Assembly: GCA_047635695.1 (NCBI GenBank)
Contig: JBLILN010000007.1
Location: 23,733 to 87,732 of the forward strand
Source: Alphaproteobacteria bacterium
GTDB lineage: Bacteria > Pseudomonadota > Alphaproteobacteria > UBA2136
Length of the DNA: 64,000 bases
Direction of reading: 5' to 3'
This document shows, piece by piece, positions 38,509 through 48,499 of the stretch; position 1 is the stretch's first letter, and every line of letters starts with the position of its first letter. The notes beneath the pieces are model-generated. The model searched no databases. It was not told the origin of the DNA and saw only the letters and a program-made list of their open reading frames with translations. A program made the position numbers and the translations under genes.

Positions 38509-39471
38509 ATGTTTTCTAAAGGCACAACGGCGTTAGTTTTTCCGGGTCAAGGCTCACAAAAAATTGGCATGGGGCAAGAGTTCTATGAAAGTAGCCTCAC
38601 CAAAAATTTGTTCGAACAAGCAAACGACGCTCTTTCCTTTAATTTAAGCAAACTTATGCTTCAAGGCGACACGGCTGAACTTTCACGCACGGCCAATACG
38701 CAACCAGCATTATTGCTCACAAGTTATGCCGCTTTCAGTTATTTAAAGGCGCAAACCAATATGGAACTGACGCAAATGTCAGGCATGGTTGCAGGGCATT
38801 CACTCGGCGAATATTCAGCGCTTGCCGCCGCCGATGTTTTTGACTTTGAAACTGCTTTAAAATTGGTACGCAAACGTGGCGAAGCCATGCAAAATGCGGT
38901 GAAAGAAGGTGAGGGTGCCATGGTGGCTGTTTTAGGTCTTACATATGATGACATTCATGCCATTGCAAGCACGGCAGGTTGTTTTGTTGCCAATGATAAT
39001 TCCGACGGCCAAGTTGTCCTTTCAGGCACGGTAGAATCTATCGAAAAAGCATCAGAAATGGCGACAGCTAAAGGCGCTAAACGTGTGGTACGCTTACCTG
39101 TTTCAGCACCGTTCCACTGCCCATTGATGAAGCCAGCAGCCGACGTCATGGCAACAGAACTTGAAGCCGCGACCATGCAAAATGCCAGCTTACCTATTAT
39201 ATGTAACGTTACAGCGGCGGCAGAAATAACGGCCGATAAATTACGCCAAAACTTAGTATCACAGGTGACGGGTTCTGTGCGTTGGCGTGAAAGTATGATA
39301 CATTTAGCCGATAAAGGCATCACAGATATTTATGAACTGGGCACAGGTAAAGTGTTAACAGGCCTCGCTAAACGTTGCGACGCACGCTTAAAAGGCACAG
39401 CGTTAAATACGCCCGCACAAATTGATAACTTACTTGAAGCTTTGTTAAAAAATAACGAAATCGCTTCATAA
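38509..39471 (+). CDS. fabD: malonyl CoA-acyl carrier protein transacylase
   Basis: GHSLGEYSAL active-site Ser motif. Confidence 0.9.
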   Translation: MFSKGTTALVFPGQGSQKIGMGQEFYESSLTKNLFEQANDALSFNLSKLMLQGDTAELSRTANTQPALLLTSYAAFSYLKAQTNMELTQMSGMVAGHSLGEYSALAAADVFDFETALKLVRKRGEAMQNAVKEGEGAMVAVLGLTYDDIHAIASTAGCFVANDNSDGQVVLSGTVESIEKASEMATAKGAKRVVRLPVSAPFHCPLMKPAADVMATELEAATMQNASLPIICNVTAAAEITADKLRQNLVSQVTGSVRWRESMIHLADKGITDIYELGTGKVLTGLAKRCDARLKGTALNTPAQIDNLLEALLKNNEIAS

Positions 39472-39505
39472 AAAACATATAAAATAAATAACAAAGGTTA
39501 AAAAA

Positions 39506-40219
39506 ATGTCACTCACAGGTTTAAAATGTTTAGTCACAGGCGGCAGCCGCGGTATTGGTAAAGGTATTGCGCAAGCGCTTATTGCCCAAGGGGCAGAAGT
39601 TGTTATTTCGGGTTCAAACCCAAATAGTCTTAAAATAGTAGCCGATGAAATTGGCGCTACTTTTGTTGCGGCAAACTTGCACGACACAAAGGCGATTGAC
39701 GGCTTAATTGAAGCTGTGGGCCCTGTGGATGTTTTGGTAAACAATGCAGGTATCACACGTGACGGCTTGTTTCAGCGCATGAGCGACGCCGATTGGGACG
39801 ACGTTTTACAAGTAAACTTGCGTGCCAACATACAACTTTCCAACGCCTTTGCTAAATTGATGATGAAAAAACGCTTCGGGCGCATTATAAACATTACGTC
39901 GGTTGTGGCGCATATGGGTAACGTTGGCCAAACCAACTATATTACATCAAAAGCGGCTGTTACAGGCTTCACTAAGGGCTTGGCACAAGAAGTGGCACGT
40001 CGTGGCGTGACGGTGAACTGCATTGCCCCTGGTTTTATCCAAACCGACATGACAGAAGACATGACCGAAAAAGCTGTGGAAGAAATGGTTGCTAAAATTC
40101 CAAGCAGAAAACTTGGCACAGTAAGCGACATCGCCCACGCAGTTACTTACCTTGCCAGCAAAGAGGCGGGTTACGTGACAGGAACGACATTGCACGTTAA
40201 CGGCGGTTTGTACTTATAA
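39506..40219 (+). CDS. fabG: 3-oxoacyl-ACP reductase
   Basis: TGGSRGIGKGIA Rossmann motif and the SDR catalytic S…YxxxK. Confidence 0.9.
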   Translation: MSLTGLKCLVTGGSRGIGKGIAQALIAQGAEVVISGSNPNSLKIVADEIGATFVAANLHDTKAIDGLIEAVGPVDVLVNNAGITRDGLFQRMSDADWDDVLQVNLRANIQLSNAFAKLMMKKRFGRIINITSVVAHMGNVGQTNYITSKAAVTGFTKGLAQEVARRGVTVNCIAPGFIQTDMTEDMTEKAVEEMVAKIPSRKLGTVSDIAHAVTYLASKEAGYVTGTTLHVNGGLYL

Positions 40220-40272
40220 ATTCTGTTCGAAGGGAATAGGCGCTTTAAGGGTGCCTATTTTTGTTTCAGCCT

Positions 40273-40340
40273 GATGTCATTGCTACTTAGCAACGTCCAT
40301 AAGCCTCAACTAAAATATCCCCGCCTGATTCACTATTGAC
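40273..40340 (+). repeat. dispersed repeat, family 1 copy C (GATGTCATTGCT-actta-GCAA ... CCTGATTCAC), more divergent
   Basis: Shares the GATGTCATTG + short stem-loop + CCAT...TAAAAT organisation with A and B; lies between convergent fabG and uspA. Confidence 0.45.
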
Positions 40341-40408
40341 GAGAAGGCGCGTTATATTTAATTAAAATTCAATGAATAAACGAGCGTGATGAAAACAGAT
40401 GTTTGGCA

Positions 40409-40441
40409 AAAAAAAACAGCCTTTTGAAGGGGCTGTTTTAA
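40409..40441. terminator. bidirectional terminator (A9-CAGCC-ttttgaag-GGGCTG-T4)
   Basis: Hairpin flanked by A- and T-runs; sits between copy C of repeat family 1 and the uspA stop. Confidence 0.45.
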
Positions 40442-40468
40442 AATGGAAATGTCAATACTTCATCAGGC

Positions 40469-41323
40469 TTATGCCATGTCGCCCACAACCAGAACGTCAC
40501 AAGGTGGTGCAGCAAGAATTTCTTTTGCAGAACTACCTATCATGGCATTACCGATGCCAGATCTCGCATGTGTCCCTATGGCCAACAAGTGAGGCTTTAC
40601 ATCATCAACGACCGCTAAAATACCAGAAATAGCAGCGCCTTGCTTCAGCCTTTTTTCAGCTTTTATGCCTTTTTCTTTGAAGGTTTCATTGTGTTTTTCA
40701 ATAATTTCGTCAAGTTGTCGTACGCTTTCACTCTCAATAAAGCTTCTTGTATGCTCATCCGAAATGAAGCCTGCAAAAGGAATATCATAGATATTTATCA
40801 GACTAAAAGCAGATTTAGGCGCAATTGTTGTCGCCATGCGCAAAGCTTTTTGGGAAGATGTAGAAAAATCGACAGCCACAGCTACTTTTTTGTAGTTACT
40901 TGTAGGTTTGTCCTTCACCATCAGCACAGGTTTGGTGCCTTTGCGCATAACACGTTCAATAGTAGTGCCGACAAAAAGGTCGGGGAATTTCGTTTTATTG
41001 TGTAGACCCATAATAATAAGGTCGGCTTTCGTTTTTTGTGAAAGGGCAATAATTTCTTCAAATGCGTCACCATTGGCGATATGAATTTTCACATCTACTT
41101 TTTCTGCCAACGGATAGCCTTTTAGGTGAGCTTGTGCAAGGTCATTGGCTTCTTGACGAAGCGTTTCCTCATTGCGTTCCCACCACTGAGGCAATTTAAG
41201 GAGGTTCATTACATGAATAAGGTGCCGCTGGGCACCAAATTGATGGGCCAAGTAAATAGCTCTTTCCAGGGCGCGGTCTGCATGTGCCGAAAAATCGGAA
41301 GCAACGAGTATGTTTTTCACCAT
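40469..41323 (-). CDS. universal stress protein, tandem UspA domains
   Basis: Two Usp domains with ATP-binding G-x2-G-x9-G(S/T) motifs. Confidence 0.75.
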   Translation of the reverse strand: MVKNILVASDFSAHADRALERAIYLAHQFGAQRHLIHVMNLLKLPQWWERNEETLRQEANDLAQAHLKGYPLAEKVDVKIHIANGDAFEEIIALSQKTKADLIIMGLHNKTKFPDLFVGTTIERVMRKGTKPVLMVKDKPTSNYKKVAVAVDFSTSSQKALRMATTIAPKSAFSLINIYDIPFAGFISDEHTRSFIESESVRQLDEIIEKHNETFKEKGIKAEKRLKQGAAISGILAVVDDVKPHLLAIGTHARSGIGNAMIGSSAKEILAAPPCDVLVVGDMA

Positions 41324-41722
41324 AAATATCCTTTGTGTCGTTATGTTTTAAATAAATAATTATTAATATAATTATACGCCTGCTCCTGCAAATATAAAAC
41401 AAATATTTAACTTAAATGTTAGGCGGAAGCGTAAATAATCATACGTTCAATGTGGGTAAAGGAGAGGCATTTATATAGGGTTGTATTTTTTCAATTCCAC
41501 CAACTGAGGTACAAGGGGAATTAAAAGGCTTTTTTTACAATATATAAGTTGTATAATAAGGGCTAAAAAAACGTTTTAGGCACTTAATGCCGCTTTGATT
41601 CGCTCTAGATTCCACTGCTATTCGCATTTTATACCACATTAATTCGCCTACAATGCCTATGAAACAGGCGTTTGCAACCTTTAGTTGTTAGTATAGGGCT
41701 GTTTTGAGTTGTTTCGGCAAAT

Positions 41723-41748
41723 AAAAAACCCTCCGAAGAGGGTTTTAA
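41723..41748 (-). terminator. terminator downstream of the aldehyde dehydrogenase gene (AACCCTC-cgaag-AGGGTT, T-run on minus strand)
   Basis: Hairpin plus A-run on the plus strand (T-run on the minus strand). Confidence 0.55.
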
Positions 41749-41791
41749 AGTTCGATAATTAGATAGCATGAAGTGTTATGCCTTTGCGCAC

Positions 41792-43339
41792 TTAGGTGTC
41801 AAACTTCACGCCTTGTGCAAGTGGTAGTTCTTTTGACCAGTTGATGGTGCAGGTTTGACGTCTCATGTAAGTACGCCAAGCGTCAGAGCCACTTTCACGG
41901 CCGCCGCCCGTTTCTTTTTCGCCGCCAAAAGCACCTCCAATTTCAGCGCCCGATGTGCCGATATTCACGTTGGCGATACCGCAGTCAGACCCCATGGCCG
42001 ATAAGAATTTCTCAGCATTTTGCATGTTCAAAGTAAAGATAGAACTTGATAAACCTTGCGGTACGTCGTTCTGAATATCAATTGCTTCGTCTAAGTTTTT
42101 GATAGGTACTATGTATAATATAGGGGCGAACGTTTCTGTCTGCATAATTGGCAATGGTTTGTCCGCGCGGATAATCGTCGGTTCAACAAAGCTACCTTCA
42201 CCTTCAATAATTTGCCCGCCATAAACAACTTCTCCACCTTGGTTTATCGCTTCTTCAATAGCTGCTTCATAAGCGTCAACTGAAAGTTCGTCAATAAGGG
42301 GGCCCATTAAAACACCTTCGGCGAGTGGGTCACCAATTTTAACGGAAGCATAAGCCTTCTTCACGTTTGTAATAAGGTCGTCAATAATATCAATATGTGC
42401 CAGCACACGCCTAGTTGTTGTACAACGTTGCCCTGCTGTGCCCACAGCGCCAAAAGTAACAGCACGCATCGCCATGTCTAGGTCGGCATCGTCCATAATA
42501 ATCATGGCATTGTTACCTCCAAGTTCCAGCAGGCACTTCGCAAAACGTTTGGCCGAATTTTGCCCCACGGCACGCCCCATAGGCACTGAACCTGTGGCGC
42601 TTATAAGCTTCATGCGTTTATCGTCAACCATGCGTTCACCTAAAGTACGGTCAACAGATATGACCAGCCCCATAAGGCCTTGCATGTTATTTCCTTTTAA
42701 AACTTTGTTTGTAATATGTTGCATAGCAATGGCTACAAGTGGTGTTTTTTCAGACGGTTTCCATACCATAGCATTACCACAAACGGCAGCAAGGCTTGCA
42801 TTCCATGCCCAAACAGCGCAAGGGAAGTTAAAGGCCGTAATGATACCAATGGTACCCAGTGGATGCCATTGTTCATACATGCGGTGCCCAGGGCGTTCGC
42901 TGTGCATTGTGCTACCACATAGTTGACGAGAAAGGCCGACTGCAAAGTCGCAAATATCAATAGCTTCTTGAACTTCGCCAAGGCCTTCTGATAAAACTTT
43001 ACCCATTTCAAGTGATATAAGTTTACCTAAGGGTTCTTTATATTCACGGAACGCATTGCCCAGTTGACGAATAACATCACCACGGAGTGGGGCAGGTGTT
43101 TCGCGCCATTTAAGCTGTGCCGATTCAGCGTCGGCCACAACTGTTTCGTAGTCGGTGTCTGTCGCACAGTGTATGCGTGCCAGTACTTCGCCTGTCGTTG
43201 GGTTGGTTGAAGATAATAATTCACCACCTTCACTGTTCCACTTTTTACCGCAAGCGCCAAGGTTTTTTACGTCGAGGCCTAAGTCTTTAAAAATTTCGCT
43301 CACAATTGACTGTTGTGATTTTGCCAGTGGTAGAGTCAT
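41792..43339 (-). CDS. aldehyde dehydrogenase, ALDH7/antiquitin-like (alpha-aminoadipic/piperideine-6-carboxylate semialdehyde DH type)
   Basis: ELGGNNAMII and catalytic Cys in GTAGQRCTTTRR, which resemble the ALDH7 family. Confidence 0.8.
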   Translation of the reverse strand: MTLPLAKSQQSIVSEIFKDLGLDVKNLGACGKKWNSEGGELLSSTNPTTGEVLARIHCATDTDYETVVADAESAQLKWRETPAPLRGDVIRQLGNAFREYKEPLGKLISLEMGKVLSEGLGEVQEAIDICDFAVGLSRQLCGSTMHSERPGHRMYEQWHPLGTIGIITAFNFPCAVWAWNASLAAVCGNAMVWKPSEKTPLVAIAMQHITNKVLKGNNMQGLMGLVISVDRTLGERMVDDKRMKLISATGSVPMGRAVGQNSAKRFAKCLLELGGNNAMIIMDDADLDMAMRAVTFGAVGTAGQRCTTTRRVLAHIDIIDDLITNVKKAYASVKIGDPLAEGVLMGPLIDELSVDAYEAAIEEAINQGGEVVYGGQIIEGEGSFVEPTIIRADKPLPIMQTETFAPILYIVPIKNLDEAIDIQNDVPQGLSSSIFTLNMQNAEKFLSAMGSDCGIANVNIGTSGAEIGGAFGGEKETGGGRESGSDAWRTYMRRQTCTINWSKELPLAQGVKFDT

Positions 43340-43421
43340 GATATTATTCCTTTTGTTGTGTTATTTTCTTAACGCGTTCTAGAATACGCTATAAAAATAA
43401 CACGGAATTAAAGTAAAACCA

Positions 43422-43913
43422 ATGTCGATTTTAAGCACAGCAAAGAAGTTAAGTATAGTGACGCTTTGTTCTTTTAGTGTTTTTATGGGTGTTTCTAGTG
43501 TTTCCCAGGCCAGTGATTTCTGGCAAATAAATGAGTGTCGTATTACAGGGACGAGCGCCGATATTACACTTTCGACCGATGCTTCTATCAGTCATAGCAG
43601 GGTTCACTTTCGTTTAGTGAGCGCTGTGCCCCTTATAAATGCGCCAGAATTACAGTTGAATACGGCACGTTTTACAGGTTTTGACATTGAAGGATCTGGT
43701 AGTGGTTTTGGTTTTGAAGCTGAATATTCACCAAGGCAGGTTTCATATTTTCTTAAGCCAGGTGCTACTCTAGTTGCCGCTTATCAACCTATTTATGCAG
43801 AAGAAGATGGCGGGTTTTACACCTATCATGCCGCTTTTCCGATGCAAGAACTGCCAGCATTAATTGCTGAGGTTTCTGAAAGTTGCAATAGTTTTAATGT
43901 TGCGCAAAGATAA
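43422..43913 (+). CDS. hypothetical secreted protein
   Basis: Signal peptide …SVSQA/SD. Confidence 0.45.
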   Translation: MSILSTAKKLSIVTLCSFSVFMGVSSVSQASDFWQINECRITGTSADITLSTDASISHSRVHFRLVSAVPLINAPELQLNTARFTGFDIEGSGSGFGFEAEYSPRQVSYFLKPGATLVAAYQPIYAEEDGGFYTYHAAFPMQELPALIAEVSESCNSFNVAQR

Positions 43914-43948
43914 AAGCCTTGCATTTCTGCAAGGCTTTATTTCGTTAT

Positions 43949-44248
43949 TTAGATAAAATATGAACGCACTTTTGGGGCGTCTTTTTGTTTTGCCATAATG
44001 GTGACGCTTTCAAAACGATGTGATTCATCAGGCAATGATTTCCAGATAGTTTGGCTTTTATGTAAAGGAATTAAAGCGCAAGCTTCCATAAGGCCGTCTT
44101 GTATTTGCAGGTATATTTCATTATAGGAAATACCTGTAATTGATTTGGCCGAATGAATAAGACCGTTTTGAAAGGTAACAATAAAATAACTGGTTATGTG
44201 TTTGCTATATAGCTGAGCGATAAATGTTTTGTTTTTAGGAGGGGGCAT
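43949..44248 (-). CDS. small BLUF-like (blue-light FAD sensor) domain protein - tentative
   Basis: …AQLYSKH…(24 aa)…SITGISYNEIYLQIQDG…HRFESVTIM resembles the BLUF beta1 Tyr, N…ITG, F/YLQxLEG Gln and RxFExWSM elements; GAGGT RBS. Confidence 0.35.
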   Translation of the reverse strand: MPPPKNKTFIAQLYSKHITSYFIVTFQNGLIHSAKSITGISYNEIYLQIQDGLMEACALIPLHKSQTIWKSLPDESHRFESVTIMAKQKDAPKVRSYFI

Positions 44249-44526
44249 AAGGACTACCTCTAAGGATCGAAAAAGAATAGGTGTTTAATTGCATGAAAGG
44301 TAACATTAATTTACGTATATAGCTAAAGAAAATATATTCTAAAAGTGACTGCGACGTTGTTTTAATGTCGCATGGTTTGTTCTAATTGCTTAATTATACG
44401 GCAATCATGATGGTTGATAGCTTTTTTAAATAACTTATATCTGGTACTTTAAAGGTATTGTAGACCCTACAAGAAGAGGTTTCATGTAGAGAATAAATTA
44501 AAAACAAAACGCAAAAGGTTTTACTG

Positions 44527-45351
44527 TTGAAAATTCAGTCTCTTTTTATAAGATTTATTGGCGTATTCATTGCGTTTGTACTCATACTACAAGCCTTTAA
44601 CTATATCGCTATTAGCTTAACACCATACGGGATGAGATTCCTATGGGCGCCTCTTTCTGTTTCAGCTATTTTAGTCGCATGTGTGGCTTTTTACTTTGCA
44701 CGCTACCTAAGCGATGACTTCAAAGATACTATCCGCAAACTCATTTCATGTGCCCGTGCTGTTGAGCATGGTGAAAAACGTGACCCATTAATACTTTCAC
44801 GTAAGGACGAATTCGTTCCACTTGCCGACGCTATTAACAACCTTATGAACCGTGATAAAGCTATACGCGATGCAAACGAAGACCCGTTAACAGGCCTTGC
44901 GAACCGCCGTTATATTATGCAGCGTCTGGATACTTATGTTGATCAAAAAGTACCTCTTGCTGTGATGTTTATTGACCTCGATGGTTTTAAACCTATTAAT
45001 GATGAATACGGCCACGACGCGGGTGATGAAGCCTTAAAAATTGTTGCTGAACGTATGACTGCCTGCACAAGGGAAAGTGATATTGTTTCTCGTATTGGTG
45101 GTGATGAGTTTATTATCCTCTTTAAAGGGCTTGAAGATGAAGAGGTTCTTAAAGAACGTGCCGATAAAGTACTTGAAATGGTTGGAACACCAATGTGGAT
45201 CGACGGTAACCGTATCCGTATGGGTGCAAGTATTGGTATTTCAATGTTCCCTAAAGACGCAACAGACAGTGAAGCTATTGTAAACTGCGCTGACGAAGCG
45301 ATGTATGCGGCGAAGCAGGGTGGTAAAAACGCCTACCGCTTTTATTCATAA
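44527..45351 (+). CDS. membrane-anchored diguanylate cyclase (GGDEF) with intact A-site (GGDEF) and I-site (RESD)
   Basis: …CTRESDIVSRIGGDEFIILF… is the same RxxD-5-GG(D/E)EF spacing as the PleD I-site/A-site arrangement (from memory); two N-terminal TM helices; TTG start. Confidence 0.8.
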   Translation: MKIQSLFIRFIGVFIAFVLILQAFNYIAISLTPYGMRFLWAPLSVSAILVACVAFYFARYLSDDFKDTIRKLISCARAVEHGEKRDPLILSRKDEFVPLADAINNLMNRDKAIRDANEDPLTGLANRRYIMQRLDTYVDQKVPLAVMFIDLDGFKPINDEYGHDAGDEALKIVAERMTACTRESDIVSRIGGDEFIILFKGLEDEEVLKERADKVLEMVGTPMWIDGNRIRMGASIGISMFPKDATDSEAIVNCADEAMYAAKQGGKNAYRFYS

Positions 45352-45541
45352 ACAGGGTCTAAGCCACGCTTAATTACTTTCTTGTAAGTTTAAGGTGTGA
45401 CACTCAATTTAAAATGCATTCTTATTTTTTTACTAAATAGCAATTTATGTAAGCCTTGAGCATAGTTGTTGAGTCTCTGTGTTGTTTTTGAAACACATTA
45501 AAATCCTTTGCTTTCTGCCATTTTACATAATAGATGAATGA

Positions 45542-45555
45542 GAATTCATGAATTC
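45542..45555. promoter_or_regulatory. 14-bp perfect palindrome GAATTCATGAATTC about 65 bp upstream of arsR; candidate ArsR/SmtB autoregulatory operator
   Basis: Read from the sequence; a TTGACA -35-like hexamer lies at ~45600. Confidence 0.35.
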
Positions 45556-45618
45556 GTTGCAAAAAAGCACATGGGCCTATTTTCAAATGCTTTCTCGTTA
45601 TTGACAGTAACAGCATAG

Positions 45619-45924
45619 GTGTTTAAGCTTAACTCCATGGTTGAATATGATGACAATTTAAAAATGAACCGCATATTTCATGCGCTAAGTGACAAAACAC
45701 GTCGCTCCATTTTACGTCGCATAAAGGAAGAAGAGTTTTCGGTCAGTGAGCTTGCTGAACCATACGACATGTCACTTGCCGCTGTGTCAAAACATCTTAA
45801 GGTTTTAGAAACGGCTGGCTTGATTGAACGCACGAAGCAAGGTAAAATTCATTGGTGTGGTTTAGTAACTGAACCGCTGGTTGAAGCCGAACTTGTCCTT
45901 AAATCTCTTTCTGGTCGCCTTTAA
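45619..45924 (+). CDS. ArsR/SmtB-family transcriptional regulator (start ambiguous; possibly MNRIF at 45667)
   Basis: LSDKTRRSILRRIKEEEFSVSELAEPYDMSLAAVSKHLKVLETAGLIERTKQGK, a winged-HTH of the ArsR family. Confidence 0.7.
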   Translation: MFKLNSMVEYDDNLKMNRIFHALSDKTRRSILRRIKEEEFSVSELAEPYDMSLAAVSKHLKVLETAGLIERTKQGKIHWCGLVTEPLVEAELVLKSLSGRL

Positions 45925-46031
45925 AAGATTCTTTATCCATTTCCTGTGTCCTATGTAGCTCACTACATATTGTCCTTTAGACAAGTTAAAGCCCCACAAT
46001 AGCGAGGCCTTATTCGTGTAGATATTTAAAT

Positions 46032-46586
46032 TTATGGGTTTGAGGCGATCATTCTTGATACAACTGCTTTTTGAGTGAGCTGTGTTGGTAGAACCTCAAG
46101 CAATACATCAGCAATGCCTTCGTTACGGAAATCAAGGGCAACTGCCGCCTTTAATGAAAGGTCTATGATACGGTTACTTGTGTCTGTACCGAGATCACTT
46201 TTAAAAGGGCCACGGTCATTCACACGCACGACAACTGTTTTACCATTTTTAACATTTGTAATTTTAACACATGACGGAATAGGTAATGTTGGGTGTGCAG
46301 CGGTATAATCAAACATGTTGTAAACTTCGCCACTTGCTGTTTTTCTGCCGTGGAAAGGGCGGCCATACCATGAGGCTTGGCCAGATTGTTTAAAGTCTAC
46401 AGTATCTTTAATAGGTTCGTACTTTGCACCTTTCATATGGTAAGTGCGCTGAGACCTTGTAGGGTAGTCTTTATCTAGAAATGCAATGGTATCACCAGAC
46501 TCTGTATATTCAACTTCACATATAGCATGGGCATTGCTTGCCGTTATTGATATAATGGTAAGCAAGACACTGAGTATTCTATTCAT
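46032..46586 (-). CDS. rlpA: septal ring lytic transglycosylase RlpA-family protein (double-psi beta-barrel)
   Basis: …ASWYGRPFHGRKTASGEVYNMFDYTAAHPTLPIPSCVKITNVKNGKTVVVRVNDRGPF…; start trimmed to the signal-peptide Met. Confidence 0.7.
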   Translation of the reverse strand: MNRILSVLLTIISITASNAHAICEVEYTESGDTIAFLDKDYPTRSQRTYHMKGAKYEPIKDTVDFKQSGQASWYGRPFHGRKTASGEVYNMFDYTAAHPTLPIPSCVKITNVKNGKTVVVRVNDRGPFKSDLGTDTSNRIIDLSLKAAVALDFRNEGIADVLLEVLPTQLTQKAVVSRMIASNP

Positions 46587-46785
46587 ATATAAAAACCTTG
46601 TTTCATTCTGCGTGTTATAGATAAATAGGCTTTTTTTCGCCCACGTCAAGTGTAAAGTGCATATTTTTTGTGCAAAAGTTACGTAAGTCCCTAAAAACAG
46701 GCGATTATTTTTTATGGGATTTGAGGATATATCTCATTTGTGTTATTATTTTAAAGCTCATTTAAATGAAAGAATGCATAAAACA

Positions 46786-48393
46786 ATGTCTGTATTAGAA
46801 AGTACCTTTAATTTATCTAGTGATAGTTCTATACGTAACGCCATGCAAATGCGTCAGCTTATCAAGGGGTTGGAAACTAAATCTGTTCGACTGCAAGGTG
46901 GTGGTGGTGAAAAATACATGGAAAAACATGTGTCCCGCGGTAAGCTGCCTGTACGAGAACGCATAAATACGCTTATTGACGATGCATCACCCTTTTTAGA
47001 AATTGCACCGCTTGCGGCTGATAATATGTATGACGCGGACATTACCTCCGCAGGTATCGTTACAGGTATTGGCCGCATTGAAGGCATTGAATGTATGATT
47101 GTTGCCAATGACGCCACGGTGAAGGGCGGTACTTATTTCCCTTTAACGGTTAAAAAACATTTGCGTTCACAAGAAATTGCATTGCAAAATAATTTGCCCT
47201 GCATCTATTTAGCTGACAGTGGTGGTGCGTTCTTACCTTTGCAGGACGAAGTCTTCCCCGACAAAGAACATTTTGGCCGTATATTCTATAACCAAGCACG
47301 AATGAGTGCTTTGAATATCCCGCAAATAGCCGTAGTAATGGGCAGTTGTACTGCTGGTGGTGCCTATGTGCCTGCTATGTGTGACGAAGCTATTATTGTT
47401 AAAAAACAAGGAACTATTTTTCTCGGTGGCCCACCGCTGGTTAAGGCCGCTACAGGTGAAGAAGTCACAGCAGAAGACCTTGGTGGTGCAGAAATGCATT
47501 GTAAAGTTTCAGGTGTCACAGATCACCTTGCCGAAAATGATGAACATGCATTACTGATTGCAAGATGCTGTGTTAAAAATTTAAACCGTGAGAAATTTGT
47601 AGAATTATCTGTTAAAGACGTTGTCACACCTTTATACGACAGTGAAGAGCTGTATAACCTTATTCCATCAGACCTTAAAACACCGTATGACGTGCATGAG
47701 GTTATTGCCCGTGTTGTGGATGGTAGTATGTTTGATGAATTTAAATCACATTACGGCTCAACGCTTGTTTGTGGTTTTGCACATATTTATGGTTACCCTG
47801 TGGGTATCATTGCCAATAACGGCATATTATTTAGCGAATCAGCCGAAAAAGGTGCACATTTTATTGAACTCTGTTCAAAACGCAAAATACCCTTGGTATT
47901 CTTGCAAAATATTACAGGGTTTATGGTTGGTAAATCTTATGAAAATGCAGGTATCGCAAAAGCTGGTGCTAAAATGGTAACGGCCGTGGCATCAACCAAT
48001 GTGCCTAAATTTACGGTGGTGATTGGTGGATCATTTGGTGCTGGTAACTATGCCATGTGCGGTCGTGCATATAACCCGCGCTTTATGTTTACATGGCCTA
48101 ATAGTCGTATCAGCGTCATGGGTGGTGAGCAAGCAGCCAATGTGTTAGCAACGGTTAAAAAGGACATATACAAAGCCAAGGGTGAAACATGGCCTGCAAA
48201 AGAAGAAAAAGCCTTTATGGATAAAACCATTGCAGAATACGAAGAGCAGGGGTCACCTTATTATGCCACAGCAAGGCTATGGGACGATGGTATTATTGAC
48301 CCTAAAGACACAAGAAAAGTGTTAGGGCTATCCATATCAGCAGCACTAAACGCGCCTATTGAGGATACCAATTTTGGTATCTTTAGAATGTAA
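46786..48393 (+). CDS. liuB: methylcrotonyl-CoA carboxylase carboxyltransferase (beta) subunit
   Basis: Two-lobed acyl-CoA carboxyltransferase domains (…[11 protein letters not shown]…); clustered with liuC-liuD-liuE; start trimmed to MSVLESTF. Confidence 0.85.
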   Translation: MSVLESTFNLSSDSSIRNAMQMRQLIKGLETKSVRLQGGGGEKYMEKHVSRGKLPVRERINTLIDDASPFLEIAPLAADNMYDADITSAGIVTGIGRIEGIECMIVANDATVKGGTYFPLTVKKHLRSQEIALQNNLPCIYLADSGGAFLPLQDEVFPDKEHFGRIFYNQARMSALNIPQIAVVMGSCTAGGAYVPAMCDEAIIVKKQGTIFLGGPPLVKAATGEEVTAEDLGGAEMHCKVSGVTDHLAENDEHALLIARCCVKNLNREKFVELSVKDVVTPLYDSEELYNLIPSDLKTPYDVHEVIARVVDGSMFDEFKSHYGSTLVCGFAHIYGYPVGIIANNGILFSESAEKGAHFIELCSKRKIPLVFLQNITGFMVGKSYENAGIAKAGAKMVTAVASTNVPKFTVVIGGSFGAGNYAMCGRAYNPRFMFTWPNSRISVMGGEQAANVLATVKKDIYKAKGETWPAKEEKAFMDKTIAEYEEQGSPYYATARLWDDGIIDPKDTRKVLGLSISAALNAPIEDTNFGIFRM

Positions 48394-48400
48394 ATAAATA

Positions 48401-48499
48401 TCTACCTGCGACGTTTTATTTTGTTTAACTTTTGCGGGGCGCATGTACAATATGTATATTTCCGCTTCCATAATTTAAAAATAATCAAAGCTTCATCAG
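48401..48499 (+). repeat. dispersed repeat, family 2 copy X2 (…TTAACTTTTGCGGGGCGCATGTACaatatGTATAT…TCATCAG) between liuB and liuC
   Basis: See X1. Confidence 0.65.

Noticed and set aside
40220-40468. Search for a hidden acpP
   Set aside because: No ORF with an ACP DSLD/phosphopantetheine motif in any frame.
45422-45616. 64-aa minus-strand ORF in the GGDEF-arsR spacer
   Set aside because: No RBS and AT-rich; it overlaps the candidate arsR operator and promoter region.
36933-46012. AAAGCCCCAC…AGCGAGGC(C/T)TT shared by the rplI terminator (36938..36982) and the arsR/rlpA spacer (45988..46012)
   Set aside because: About 20 nt of similarity confined to a terminator stem is too short to call a repeat family without a genome-wide count.
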